Position numbers and translations under genes: made by a program
Part shown: positions 24,398-36,828 of the stretch, one piece after another
Layout of the letters: every line of letters begins with the position of its first letter
Numbering within the stretch: position 1 is the stretch's first letter
Notes under the pieces: generated by a model
The model's database searches: none
Told to the model about the DNA's origin: nothing
The model's input: the letters and a program-made list of their open reading frames with translations, nothing else
Assembly: GCF_008831285.2 (NCBI RefSeq)
Contig: NC_045138.2
Span: forward strand, 37,572,001-37,636,000
Direction: 5' to 3'
DNA from: Nymphaea colorata
Taxonomy: Eukaryota
Length of the DNA: 64,000 bases

Positions 24398-27300
24398 TCA
24401 AAACTTGTAGATCCTGGCGATCTTCTTCTTAGTATCCAGTCCCTTACTTGATGACTTACCAGCAAAAGGTAACGTGGAATGAGTCAGTGTGGAGTTAATC
24501 TTATCCATCTTTTGACCAGGTTTAAGTATGTGTTTGGCCCCTGCACTGAGCTTGATAGGCCCTGGCCTTGTCACTGGACTTGTTTTAAAGCAATTCATAC
24601 TACCATATAGGCCACTACCAACTTGTCCATCTCTGCAAATATTTAGTACAGGGGCAGAGGCATCATAGTGGAGGTATTCCTGTTGCTGCTTCTTTTTTGT
24701 AATCCCAGTCTGTGACTTGACTGCCTCTGTTTTCCTGAAGCTTGGGGATTCAGAAGTATTGCCATTTGCATTTGCAGTCACGTTATGCTTTTTCTTGAGT
24801 TTTTTGGATTGGGATGTGCAGTTGCTTCCAGGACGGAGACCAGACTTTCTCTTTTTGCCAATACTGCAGATGCTGCCACCACTTGCAATAAATGAACAAC
24901 CAGGCTCTGAACCCGGATATCCTTGCAGGAGCTGGGGGTTGTGCAGAGAGCTGAAACTACGTGCATGTTCTGGGAAAGAATGAGATGAACTGAGATTATG
25001 TGAGGCTGATGGAGCTACCAGGCCATGATATGGTGCCAACAGTGCAGAATCGAGCCTGGGTTTATGTAAGCTGGATGAAAGTGGGGTTACAGTATATTGT
25101 TCAGAAGGTGAGAAGCCGGAGTTTGGAAGACTGCATAAGTACCGTCTGCAAGTAGGACCTGAATGAGTCTGAGAAGAAGATGGCATCTTGGGTTCCTTGA
25201 TTGTTGAGCTCAGAAGCCATGGTGGCATGTATGGAGTGCTAAGACGAGGGCATGAAAATTGGAATGGTGCTTGGCAATCAGGGGTTGCTAGAGGAAGACC
25301 AATTGCAGAGGCAGTTCTATAGTTTACATGCCCAGCATGGTTGATAGCTGGAGAAGAACCAGAGAGCATGGTTGACCTTGGATGGCTCGCATGAGTAGGC
25401 TCTTTCCCTGTCAACTGGGTTCCAGGTATTTGCATAGGGTGCTCCACTGCTGTATGGGAAGCCACAGAATGGCTCGCATTATGATATTTGGACCCAATTC
25501 TCCCCATGACAGAAGACAGTGAGTCCTTGGGAACCAATTGTGGTTTGTGATTAAACGACAAAGCAGCTAACATGGGTTCTGGCGCTGGATGAATAATCTG
25601 TTCTGGCTCCAAAGACTGATTTCTGACCAAATTGTTAGAAACAGTAAAAGGAAGAGTATGCTGAGCTATAACTTCCTTATCTGACCACATTATAGGATCT
25701 TTTGAACCTTGGTCAACTTCACTGCTTCGACCAACTGTGACAGTTTTCCCCATCAAACGCACTGTTGGAAGAGGATCTGACTGAAATGCAGAGCCAAAGT
25801 TCTCAAGATCATTACTTTTCTCCTTTCCTTTATGATCTAGAGATTGGTAAGTTTGTCTGGACCCAAAACCCAATAAGATCGTTGATTCCAAATCTGTTTC
25901 TGTCTGCTCCAAGTCTTTCAACTCAAGCGAATTAGATTTTGTTTGTGAAGCCACATTCAGTAAACCATTCATTTTGTGAGGCCTTTTATTTGAGAAGAAT
26001 TTAAAATCATGCTTATAGGCTCCAGGGCCATCATTTGAGTGGCCCCTATCATCCCCTGCCTCCATAGTGTTACATAATGGGAAGGTGTTGGTTGGTCCAG
26101 AAACAAGTGTGTGTTTTCTGAGGATCTGATCATGCATCTGAGTGAGACCACCGTGAGAATTTAGAGGTAAACCAATAAAATCATCATTGGCAAACCTTTC
26201 TCTGGATAATTTGACAGTGTCAGGGATTGACTCCAAGGATTTTGTGGGCATCCAAGACTCCCTGCTTACTGGAAACAATTGGTTTAACATAGGTGCTGAA
26301 CAACCCCAGGCTGTTGGATCTTTTGTAGGAAGAGCACATGAAGATTGATAATGTAGCAAGCAACTTGCAGGACCTGGCATGCCTGGCTGGATAAGATGGG
26401 GCTTTAGAAATGTAGGTCCCATGCTGGTTCCCTTGGATGAACCAGCCAGGGAAGAATTCATGCTTCTACTCAGACATGGTATAGAAACTGTCACATCAGA
26501 TAGTGTAATTCTGTCTAGTGTTTGCATTCTTTTATTGACATTTGACATCCATGGAATGCTCTCCCCTGTTTGAGTTCCAACTTCTTGATTAGTTCTATCA
26601 ATTGAAAGACATTCTTGCTGATTGTGATTTGCATGATGCACAGTGTACTGTAGAGAAACTGTACAGGAACTATCAGAGGCCTGATTCAAGTCTACATATT
26701 CAAGAGGAGATGTTTCTGGGACACCAGTTGAGCTTCTAGAATGACATAGAACATCGGAGTCCACTGCAACTATGTGATGGAAATCTCTGACTTGAATACT
26801 GTCATCTGGAAATCTACTTCTATCACCTTCAACAGCGAGAGCATTAGCTTTCCCAGAACCACAATCAGCATCCACATCCTTGCTAGGAAGCATAACTTCG
26901 GAAACACCGTCAGTTTCAGTTGCAAGATGAGAAGGTTTTGGAAGAGATGATGCAGACACGACTTCAGAGAATTCCTTTGCAGGTACTTTCAGTTGCAAGG
27001 TATCCATGAAAGGGTGATCCATGTCTTTCTGGCCAAGAATGTCATCCTTACCTGAAAACCTTACATGCCTGACAGATTGTTGAACCTGAGAGGTACATGA
27101 GATGCCAAGATTGTGACCCTTTTCATGGCTTGCAGAAGTTCTTTGCACAGGTGAAGCCTTAGTCTGGGTCTTTAGAATGCTATGGGATGGAAAAGCACAT
27201 GATTTGTTCTGTTGATGTTCCCAAGTTTGTTTATGTGAGTGTATTGACTTCAACCGGTCTTTCTTCAATATCTTTCTTTTGTTGGTTGAAATGTTTTTCT

Positions 27301-27412
27301 TGATAGCAGTGACAACCACTTTTGCCTTCCCCAACTGCCTACTGCTTGATGCCTCTTTACTAGTTCCAGAAGAATGATCAGGTAAAGCTGCTCTAGGTGG
27401 TTGAAATTTTGC
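24398..27412 (-). CDS. EMF1-like-motif protein exon 3 (3-kb terminal exon)
   Basis: 1029-codon ORF; acceptor TTTGCCAG|GCA AAA TTT in phase 0; ends KIARIYKF*. Confidence 0.88.
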   Translation of the reverse strand, partial: AKFQPPRAALPDHSSGTSKEASSSRQLGKAKVVVTAIKKNISTNKRKILKKDRLKSIHSHKQTWEHQQNKSCAFPSHSILKTQTKASPVQRTSASHEKGHNLGISCTSQVQQSVRHVRFSGKDDILGQKDMDHPFMDTLQLKVPAKEFSEVVSASSLPKPSHLATETDGVSEVMLPSKDVDADCGSGKANALAVEGDRSRFPDDSIQVRDFHHIVAVDSDVLCHSRSSTGVPETSPLEYVDLNQASDSSCTVSLQYTVHHANHNQQECLSIDRTNQEVGTQTGESIPWMSNVNKRMQTLDRITLSDVTVSIPCLSRSMNSSLAGSSKGTSMGPTFLKPHLIQPGMPGPASCLLHYQSSCALPTKDPTAWGCSAPMLNQLFPVSRESWMPTKSLESIPDTVKLSRERFANDDFIGLPLNSHGGLTQMHDQILRKHTLVSGPTNTFPLCNTMEAGDDRGHSNDGPGAYKHDFKFFSNKRPHKMNGLLNVASQTKSNSLELKDLEQTETDLESTILLGFGSRQTYQSLDHKGKEKSNDLENFGSAFQSDPLPTVRLMGKTVTVGRSSEVDQGSKDPIMWSDKEVIAQHTLPFTVSNNLVRNQSLEPEQIIHPAPEPMLAALSFNHKPQLVPKDSLSSVMGRIGSKYHNASHSVASHTAVEHPMQIPGTQLTGKEPTHASHPRSTMLSGSSPAINHAGHVNYRTASAIGLPLATPDCQAPFQFSCPRLSTPYMPPWLLSSTIKEPKMPSSSQTHSGPTCRRYLCSLPNSGFSPSEQYTVTPLSSSLHKPRLDSALLAPYHGLVAPSASHNLSSSHSFPEHARSFSSLHNPQLLQGYPGSEPGCSFIASGGSICSIGKKRKSGLRPGSNCTSQSKKLKKKHNVTANANGNTSESPSFRKTEAVKSQTGITKKKQQQEYLHYDASAPVLNICRDGQVGSGLYGSMNCFKTSPVTRPGPIKLSAGAKHILKPGQKMDKINSTLTHSTLPFAGKSSSKGLDTKKKIARIYKF

Positions 27413-30400
27413 CTGGCAAAGAAAAATATCATTAGCTGGTTTTATAACAAAAGTAAGCTCCGAACCTCCGAGTGCATGTATTTTCAACAGGGTGATGAAC
27501 CAACAGATGTGATGTCCTGCTGTGACATGAAACTAACTGTTGTCAGCAGATTAACTCCATCACAGTTAACAACAGCACAGACAGAACACAGTAAAATCAC
27601 GATTTACTTATTCATGTCCTAAAGCTGATACCATGTCAGGGTGGATAGAGATACAACAGCAGACAACAGCCTTCAAGCAACAAGAAATAGAAATGATGGC
27701 ACATGAACTCAATTGAGACTGAACTTTTTAAGATGCAAAATTAATTAAAGAGAGCAAGTATTAAGCAAATGGCATCAGCGTTAGTGGCTACAAAGATTTT
27801 TTAATTGTTAAAACTTTTGTGTTTGAAGATTTCATGTGGGCTACTGTATTGTTCGATAAAAAACTGTTCTTGAGCTTTTACCTACGATGGGGTCTTGCAA
27901 TCCACCTTCCCGAAGGACCAGGTATCCTCACGTGTTGCCTCTCAGATTCAAGTTTGAAATTACCTCTGATGGCAACTACAAGAATTGTGACCAAACTGAC
28001 CCAAGTGTCCAGTTTGGCAAACCCCAGACCATCCATAACCCTTTCATTGCACAAGCCAAAAATAATATAAACCTGGGCACTTGGTAGTATGGTATACAAA
28101 TATAAAAGCACCTCAGCATTTCTAAAAAGTATGACCACTTAAAAGTCATTCCTCATACAAGGAATTACAAATAAAGCTGTTGATTATGTGAATTGGCTCA
28201 ATCGAATCAGTTGTAAAACCAAAAAAATATTATCATATTCATTTTTCCAAAAAACATGGAAAAGGTAGAAAAACAAATTACTGACAAGACAAGCCTCAAA
28301 CATATTTAAAAATAATAAAAATGAGCAATGTGTCACACATGGCACCCTTGTATCGAGCGATGGTACTGATTCAATTTAAATAAGCTGAATGTGGCCAATT
28401 TTTGTAATACTAGATTTTCTGCTTGAAAATGTAAATTTAAGATCCCACTGTCATTTGTAGAAATTGGATCTTTCCTTCAAAGCATGAAAGTGGCTACTGT
28501 GTTAAAAATGTTCAAATATCTTGGTTATATTAGTAAAAGAACTATGTCGTACATCAATGACTTCTAGATGTGATAAAGAGAGAGAGAGAGAGAGGGTGAG
28601 GAACAGAACACAGCTTATGTTCTACATGTAAATCTATCTTGATCAAAACATATGCATTTCATCCTAGAGATTCACCCAACAGATTCACACTGTATTGCAG
28701 ATGAACCATGAATATTCACTATTTTCAAGATAGTAGGATAGCATTGTTGATGCTCGTGAAGCATGCTCACAAGGAACTTTTATTCCTCAACATGGAATTG
28801 CTTAGCTTTGCAGGCTTCATGTACAGACAGAAAACATGGCTGATGTGAACCATCACTTTTCCAGTTACAGTAGAAAAGTACATTGAGTGCTCCATTCTTG
28901 GATCCTCATGGTAAGGCCTGTCAAAGAGTTTATACCTATTAAGGCTACGAGTGCTCCAAGAGTTTGAATGCTGTGCCTGGTAAGTTAGAGGAAATAATGT
29001 TCAGTCTAGCTAGGTGGTGACTTGACAGCTGGCAGAAACATAATCATCTAAAAGCACAACTTCAAAAGGAAATTGAAGTTATTTTATTCAATGAAAATAA
29101 CGAGGTTTAACTTTAAGCGCACCACATAGCATAAGTCATAAATTTGATTAGTGGTACTCGGTACTCCCCTTCTATGAAAAACATTTTTCGGAGGAAAAAG
29201 TTTTCCCAATTTCAAAGAGCAAAATTTTGAGATTTTCAAAAGGAGATATGTGCAGCAGACAAATTGTACTGCAGAGAATTTTGGCTTCCATGTTCATAAT
29301 TACATGGTGTGAATAAAAAAGCGCAGCCCATATATTATACCATCCATTGCTCTTCTTTTACGGGTGACTTTCTCCATCTATTTTGACAGCTGAGACATTA
29401 CCAGGTGAGCACTTCCCTTCAAATGACACTACATCAGTATACTTTGAAGTAGTGCATAATTTGTTACCGTTATTTTGATACTCTTCTAGTCCTATCCATC
29501 ATTGACAGAAAAAAAAAAAAAAAAAAATCTCAGGAAAAAGCCAGGCCCTTATTGCCACACTGCATCTAAACTTTTCAAGTTGTACCTTCAATTGGGCAAG
29601 GCAAATAAGCAATAGTTTCCATTGAACATTCACGAAAGCTTCATCATTTACAATGATCCTGAAACTTGTTAATTTTAAAATTCACGCAGATGAAAATGAT
29701 TCAAAAATATCTTTTTAAAATTCTATAATTGTTGAAGTGGTCAAATTGCTATGGAAATCTAGAGGTCTTCATAGCATGATAAGAGATAAATAAATCTGCC
29801 TTTATCATTTAGAATCCTATTGCTTTACGGTTTTAAGGATCCATATGATCCATTAGGCTTGAAAATGAGTCTTTTTGGTTATTCTATTCAACAAGCCTTA
29901 GGTTTGATAATCTAATAAGGAAATAAAGAGTTGACTAGACTCAAGAAGGTGCTGAAGCAGGAACAAAGAAAAAAAATTATGCAAGGGTCTCAAGCTTAAG
30001 AGAAGAAGAAAAATGTAGTAGTCACAAACATTGGTACAATGAATAAAAGAAATTAACTTATGCATTAGGGATAGAGATCAGACTTAAGCAAAAGGACTTG
30101 GGTTCAATGACAAAGCAACACATACAACATTAACAGTTTTTGTGGCTTTCATCAAATAATGCAGGGCAAAGAATGGAAGGGTGACAAAACAGGTGTGAAA
30201 CAATGTGTCAAACAATGCATAGGGCTATGTTAGTATAAAAACACACAAAACAAGGTCAGCATCCTGGAATTGATGAATGGAAGGGATCAAAAAGATACTG
30301 GTGTATTTTGTGGGATAGCTGATATGTCAGGTGGCACATAGTTAATCTTATTGTTTTCTTGGAACCAGCTCTCCAATTTCAATTATCGTAGGATTTTCAA

Positions 30401-31942
30401 CCGATGGTGGAAGTTTAATAATTTAATTTTATCTTGGACCTATGATCCTATAGATCTCATCTTTTGTGATGATGGCAAAGACCAGTTTCTTGAGGGAGCT
30501 AGTGATTGTTGTTCTTTGTTAGGTATGGACAAGTATATGTACAATTCAAGTCATAAATTGTTGTGAATGTCCACAATGACATAATTACATTTGTTGGACT
30601 TGTTGTAGTCTTTGCTCACACAACAACTTAGACCAAGTGATATTGGACAATTATATAAAGTTAGGGAGTGACAATAGCCAATAAACTGAAAAGAAAGGGG
30701 GCAACAGCAACCAAACGTTTTCTTTTCATTTACTCGGGGCCTAATCCCTCCAAGGGAGAAAACCTAGAGTGGTCCCCTTTTCTTTTCATAAAGGCTTCAC
30801 TTGAAACACACTTTATGAATGTGGGCCAACCAATGAAGAAAGAGTTGGCTTATGAACCTTACCCGCCTTTTCAGAGGCAAAGAGGGTTTCTGGGCATCAC
30901 ATAGGAGTTCCTTTAACAAGATCCACATTTGCATTTCTGCTTTCACCCTATTCATTCTACACATCCATGTCTTTCCAAGGTTTCTCTTTTCCTCTGCATT
31001 TGCCAGCAAGATCACACGGACTCTTCAAAAAAGGGGCTGCACCCGTGTCGATAAGGCACTCATGCTGTTGCTGATATGGGTGAGGCTCCGACACGCACCC
31101 CAACCACCCCCTTATGCATGTTCAAAATATTTTCTATTTTTTTCTTCTCTCTCTCCCTTTCTTTCTTTATGTACAGTAATAAAAAAAAAAGAACAGATTA
31201 AGCTAAGAAACAATCTTAAAATTATATATGTACTATGAAGGTTTCAGAAGCAATCAGACACACTGGAATCAGACACACTGGAATATACACTGCTGTTTAA
31301 GCTAATAGCAGTGCTGATCCACTAGAGATAGAAGAATGAGGTGAAACAAGGTTCTATATGTGAAAGACCTCAATAAGGATACGTCATGTTGATGTAGGTT
31401 GATGTGGCCATTCATGTGACATGGCTAGCTGGTTGGTGGTTTAAAAAGGCAGTGAGGGAAGATTGCCACCTAGGACATGTTAGAAAATTTCAGCTTGCCT
31501 CAAGGTGCCCCCTACGGCAAAAGGACCATGGCTCAGCTAGACATGCAGTTTTTATTAGGAAAAACCATTTTTTTGTTTTTTAAGAGACTAAGTGCTTGCA
31601 AATTTATTTGGTCAAAGTTTGGGTTTCTACAGGCAGAAAGACACATGGATCAATATGAGGACTGTTTTTTACTCATGGGCCATGGAAGATACTAATGGAA
31701 CTCATGTTCAAACGAAGTGATTAATTCGTAAGCAGTGGTTGTTTCTACTGAAGGAGGCCTACCGCTAGCAAAGACATTAATATCAAGTAGATTTCTTCTC
31801 AAGTTCAATAGAGGAAGGCTGGAAAGTTCCATGCTCTCTTCAACAGGGGCAAATGGAAGCATTTCAAAGTTGCTTTGGAGGGTAGAAGACACTTAGACCC
31901 ATGCTTATGATTTACGTGAGAATTGGATATACATACATACAT

Positions 31943-31988
<46 letters not shown>

Positions 31989-32368
31989 TCAGGAACAAAA
32001 ACAAAAATCAGAGCCTCTAAATATGATATTTAATTTTTTTTCTTTTCTTAAAAAAAAAATCTAACCTTATAATGTCAAGGTTAGGTTGATGCAAAATATA
32101 TACTAGATTAATAGTTTTTTAGGTTTTAATAATGTTTTTATAATAAGCAAAAATGAATGGCTCTCATAGCATGAACATTTTGATAATAGAAAATCAACAT
32201 TTTTCATAAAAACAACTTGATCAAAGCATGTTTTATATCAAAACAGTTTTATAAATATATTAGGATGTTTATATTTTATTAAAAATAAATTTTTAACCAA
32301 AAAAATTAAAGGGTCTGGTTTTTGTCCCTGACGTAAGTGTCTAGTTTCTACCAATTTCTCTCTCTCTG

Positions 32369-32408
<40 letters not shown>

Positions 32409-32976
32409 TACAATAGTATGTTTTTATGCAAACAAACAGATATATTAATTACTTATATTTATAAACTATAAATCAATAAACAAAAATTGTCAAGGTATAC
32501 TAATAAATGCCAAATATTATTTTGTTGTGTCTTGTACCAACGCCTGTGTGCAGCTGTGTCTGCATGGTGCAGTGGGTCCATGTGACATAGATATACATGT
32601 TTCGCTAGTTACTCTTTGTTCAAGCCAATAAACACAAACAAATATATAAATAGATATATATAAATTTAAACATGAGTCAGGAGGCTAAAATACTGGGATG
32701 GTGTGTTTCTTCTTCCTTCCTTTGTAAATTATCTAATCCAATAAAAGCCTGCCAGGTGGGGCACGTCAATAGACACTTTCACTTTTTTTATTTTATGATT
32801 TTATGGGAAATAAAGATCTTCCTATTGTGTCAAATCATAGAAAAAATGTAAAGTATCAAAAGGTGTATATCAATTTTACTTGCTTACACAAACACTTGAT
32901 GCTAATAGAAATGTCCATACGACACAAACATAGATCTCTATAACATTTATACAACCCAAAGTTGTTTTCCACTAAA

Positions 32977-33049
<73 letters not shown>

Positions 33050-36000
33050 GACCAACAAAACAAACTTGTAGTTTAATCCAATAAATATTTTGCTTATAGG
33101 GTGTGTCTGTGTTTGTATAAGCACATACAGATACATAATGGGGAATGAGTTCAACCAGTCCCATCTTGGGACTAGTGTTTTCAAACGTTGCTTTTTCCTC
33201 TCACTCTTTTGCCTACCATTTCTCTTACCGTTTTTTCTAATTTTTTCTTTCACAAGCTTCCTCTCCACCCTAGCATTGATGGACACTAGAGAAGGAAAAA
33301 GAACTGGTCTTACTCCCAAAAAAAAAAAAAAACCAACTACACATGTATGTCAGAATGTCCAAAAATGTATTGGCAGAAACAAGTTAAAGATCTGATACCT
33401 CAGTCGGATTTTAGGACCCAGAACTGGACATACTCCCAAAAAGACCAACTGCACATATATATCAGAATGTCCAAAAATATATTGGCAGAAAAAAGTTAAG
33501 ATCTGATGCCTCGGTCGGATTTTAGGGCCCGACAAACCTAAATCCATCATGCACATTAGACTTTCAGTACTCTTTGTTAAACATATAATTTTAGATGTCC
33601 TCCCAACATTTATATGGTCAGATTTGTGAAAGGCAGCCATTTTACAGTAGAAATGGCAATAGACGGCTAGATCATTGTATGTCTATATCTGAGACCCAGA
33701 CACACACATCTATGTAGATGGTTACGTTTGTGAATTGCAAAAGTGACGTCAAGTGCATCATCCAGCACTTTTAATGCCTTTTTAATAAACCTAACCACAC
33801 ATATTTACCTAGAATGTGCAAAATTATAGAAGTAATAAAATAATATAATTTTTCGCCATTGGATTTTATGAGCAGACAATTTAAGAGTTGAATTTAAAGT
33901 GTTACAGAATCCGACAAAGTTACAACTGTTGGCATAAGAACTCTTACGTATCAAATTTTCATTATTTTATGTGTGGGTTTGTGCGCAATTATAAACCCCT
34001 CCTTTGGTTAAATTACACCAAAGGAAATCATATAAACGTTTCTATCTTAAGACACATCCAATTTTTGCTTTGGATGGTCTTAGACAAGGTTAAGTAAATT
34101 CTTGACAGTTAGATGCTAAATGAGGGGAATTCAATTAGTCTAGAATCTAAGCAAAATGACGCTTTTTTGCTTCAAAACTTAACCAAGTGACAAAAAAAAG
34201 CAAATTATATCATCTTATGAAGCCCAAAAAGGTATGGCAAATTTGTTACAAGTAATCTATGCTTTGACATAGCAAAGTTGGTACCTTCGATGTATTATCT
34301 GTGTCATGAATCTGAGTTCAATGAAGTAAGTAATAAGCCTACGAACTGCAGCTTTCCTAGAGCAAAGAATACACTCCTATGAAGGAACATATGAAATAAG
34401 TAATTTATGCACTCTGTTGTTAAAATGATGAAATTAATGCTTCTAAATTTGTTCTCTATAACAAGCAAAATATTTATTTTCCTCGTCAAAGTGCAAACAT
34501 AGAAAAACCACTATGCTGTCCAGTAATTGACTGAAAGAGGACACATACAAGGATGCATTGCAACATTTGTTCTTGTCCTTCACAACCATCAAATTTTTGG
34601 AGGTGCACCAAGAAGAGTATTGGTCGTCCAACTGAATGGCCGTGGCCATACATAAATGGTAGCCAGCGGCTGCACATCGCTGTTAGCCATCCCTGGAGGC
34701 CATGAACCGATGGTATGCATCATGTTATCCAAGTAACCAACCAAAAAGAAAAAAACAGAAAAGTTCGGTGCTATATATAAAGTTAACGGTATGTATCACG
34801 ATATCCGTAGACGTTATTACCATTGTATACTGTAGTAAAATTATCGACTAGATGAGAGAGAGAGGGAGATTGAACGAGGCGAGAAAGAGAGAGAGAGAGA
34901 ACGACGGTCTCGGCCACGCTTGAACGAGCAGAGATAGAGAGAACACAACGAAGCCCTCGGCCACGTACTTGAACGAGCCAATGTCTTCGTACCATCTATG
35001 ATCACTACGCATCCTCTACTTCTCTCTCTCTCTCTCTCTTTCTCTCTTGCGAGCGTTTAACGCACACTTTGGTAAAGATAGCATGACCGTACGCATTAAC
35101 AGTAGGAAGTGGGTGGAAGAAAGAGCAAAAAGACAGGAAAGTAGATAGACAAACTCTCTTTTTCATGACCGGCACGGTCGGTCTTCCCACTTAAAAGCAA
35201 AGGGTGAGAGGGGAGAGAGAGAGAGCAACGCAACGATGGCCTGGTTGAGGAGTGTATAATAACTTAGGGAGACAAACAAGGAAAGAAAGGAGACGGCAAA
35301 ATGGTCGTGATCAAAAGTGGAAAGAGGAAACCACTTAATCACCAATGGCATCGTGAAGTAGAACAATAAGCGATAGAGAGTGCATCGTGCCAAGAAAGAT
35401 GGGGAGTCCTTCGTGCTGCCATGTTGAGAACCCAACGTCGAATATATTCGTTTCAACACATGTAAGCGGCCATATTCTTTTGTGGAGTCACGGAGAGAGA
35501 GAGCGAGAGAGAAAGAGAGTCCAAGCAAAGCGCAAAGGTAATTTCTATTGTCGATCAACTAAGTTATGCGTAAAGCAAGGAGTTCACGTTCATAAAGTAA
35601 GAGCAAAGAAGTCGCACTCTATCAACAGCAAAACCCATCGACGAAGCGATCGCACCAAGATCTTTAAACGCAGGAAAAAGCTCTACAAACATTTTTCGAT
35701 ACCACTCATATTCCATGCAAAAAATTAAACAACACATATCATGGTAACGACGTCCATTATCGCAAACTCAACACAACGGAAATCAATCTTATATGCACAG
35801 TGATCCATATTCATCATCGTCATGATCACCACCACCATCATCATCACCGTATGGAGAAGACAGAGGGAGAGAATAGAAGGAAAGGTGGCGCAGCAGTTAC
35901 ATACCTTGGCATCAGTCGCACATGGCGTCGAGGCGAGAACACTATCCATTACAGTCTCCACCATCATCATCTTCTTTTTCTTCTTCTTCACCTTGGCAGC

Positions 36001-36828
36001 TTCCACGTCGACGTTCTCGCCGTCTGCACTTTTCTTCCTCTTAGTCACCACCTTCTTACCTACACCACCATTCTTCTTCTTTGACCCCTTCTTCATCGTC
36101 AGCACCTTCTTCTTTCTTCTCTTCCGCTTCTTGATTTTCGTCAGCTTCTTGGTCGGTGTCAACGCTTTCATCTTCTTATCCATATTGTTCTCCTCAACAG
36201 CAGCCCCATCACCACCATCATCGCCGCCCACCTCCGGCGTGTGGGCGAATATGTCGACGATGGATCTCTTCTTGGGCACCTTAAACTTCGCCCTCCGCCG
36301 TCCATCTCCTGGCGAACCATCGTCCTGACCATCTGCTGAGGTGGGCCGCCCGGCCCCGTCATCCTCCTCGTCCTCAAAACCGCCTTCCTCTCCTCCATCG
36401 TCACCACCCCCGGTTTCAAGATCCTGACTCCGGTTTTCTGACTCCGTACGCGTCGAGCGTTCTTGGTGGGAGGCCGCGATGCGGGCTCTCTCGGACGACC
36501 ACCATCTGAATTTCCGGCAAGTCATGGGCGGTAGGCTGCCGTCGTCCTCAACTCTTCCCGTCCGCGGGATTCCTCCATCGAACGGCCAGCATCTCGTCAC
36601 ATCCACGCTCCTCATCGTCATCACAAACTCCCTAAGGAAATAAAAGAGGCGACATCAAGAACAAACAACCAGAATGTTAGAACAAGAAGAAGCAACAACG
36701 AAGAAAGGTGGAAAAGATCAGAAAGCCTGAAAACAAGAGATAGCAAGATGACGAAACGCACAAATTTTAAAAAAGGAGGAAGATCAAATATTTCACCTGA
36801 TAGAGAAGGTTTCTGAGATCGCAGCCAT
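24398..36828 (-). CDS. Uncharacterised large, mostly low-complexity, probably nuclear protein with an EMF1/HAPLESS8-like N-terminal motif; gene model ~1257 aa
   Basis: Exons 36828-36797, 36631-35905 and 27412-24398 total 3774 nt with compatible phases and GT-AG introns. Motifs: FSIREFVMTMRSVDVTRCWPF, LPPMTCRKFRWW, KVPKKRSIVDIFA, Lys-rich NLS tracts, VRHVRFSGKDD, DFIGLPLNSHG, PTVRLMGKTVTVG, GPIKLSAGAKHILKP. Extra small exons in the 8.5-kb intron cannot be excluded. Confidence 0.8.
31987..32368. mobile_element. MITE flanked by (TA)n microsatellite on both sides, inside the 8.5-kb intron
   Basis: Inverted ends GGTCAGGAACAAAAAC..CAGAGCCTCTAA versus TTAAAGGGTCTGGTTTTTGTCCCTGACG; AT-rich core; (TA)n at 31949-31986 and ~32369-32392. 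Confidence 0.55.
32981..33043. repeat. (AT)n microsatellite, ~31 units
   Basis: Read directly from the sequence. Confidence 0.95.
33300..33531. repeat. ~115-bp tandem duplication; part of a dispersed repeat also present at ~57425-57605
   Basis: AGAACTGG..TACTCCCAAAAA..CCAACT.CACAT.TAT.TCAGAATGTCCAAAAAT.TATTGGCAGAAA..GTTAA.GATCTGAT.CCTC.GTCGGATTTTAGG.CCC occurs twice. Confidence 0.85.
34870..34980. repeat. ~50-bp period direct repeat (2+ units)
   Basis: TTGAACGAG at 34870, 34920 and 34969; CTCGGCCACG precedes the second and third copies. Confidence 0.75.
35905..36631 (-). CDS. EMF1-like-motif protein exon 2
   Basis: TTAG|G GAG TTT GTG ATG... lies within ORF 35725-36624; GC-rich with acidic and Lys-rich tracts; donor GCC AAG|GTATGT. 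Confidence 0.85.
36797..36828 (-). CDS. EMF1-like-motif protein exon 1
   Basis: ATG GCT GCG ATC TCA GAA ACC TTC TCT ATC AG|GTGAAA encodes MAAISETFSI(R); splicing to exon 2 builds the FSIRE motif. Confidence 0.8.

Noticed and set aside
32856..33319. ORFs with YIYIYI runs
   Set aside because: Translation of an (AT)n microsatellite.
34965..34985. TACTTGAACGAGCCAATGTC, loosely like miR171
   Set aside because: Needs a gap plus several mismatches; no hairpin partner found.
35800..36328. Plus-strand ORFs 35800-36084 and 35822-36328 (His- or Phe-rich)
   Set aside because: Antisense shadows of the low-complexity exon 2 on the minus strand.
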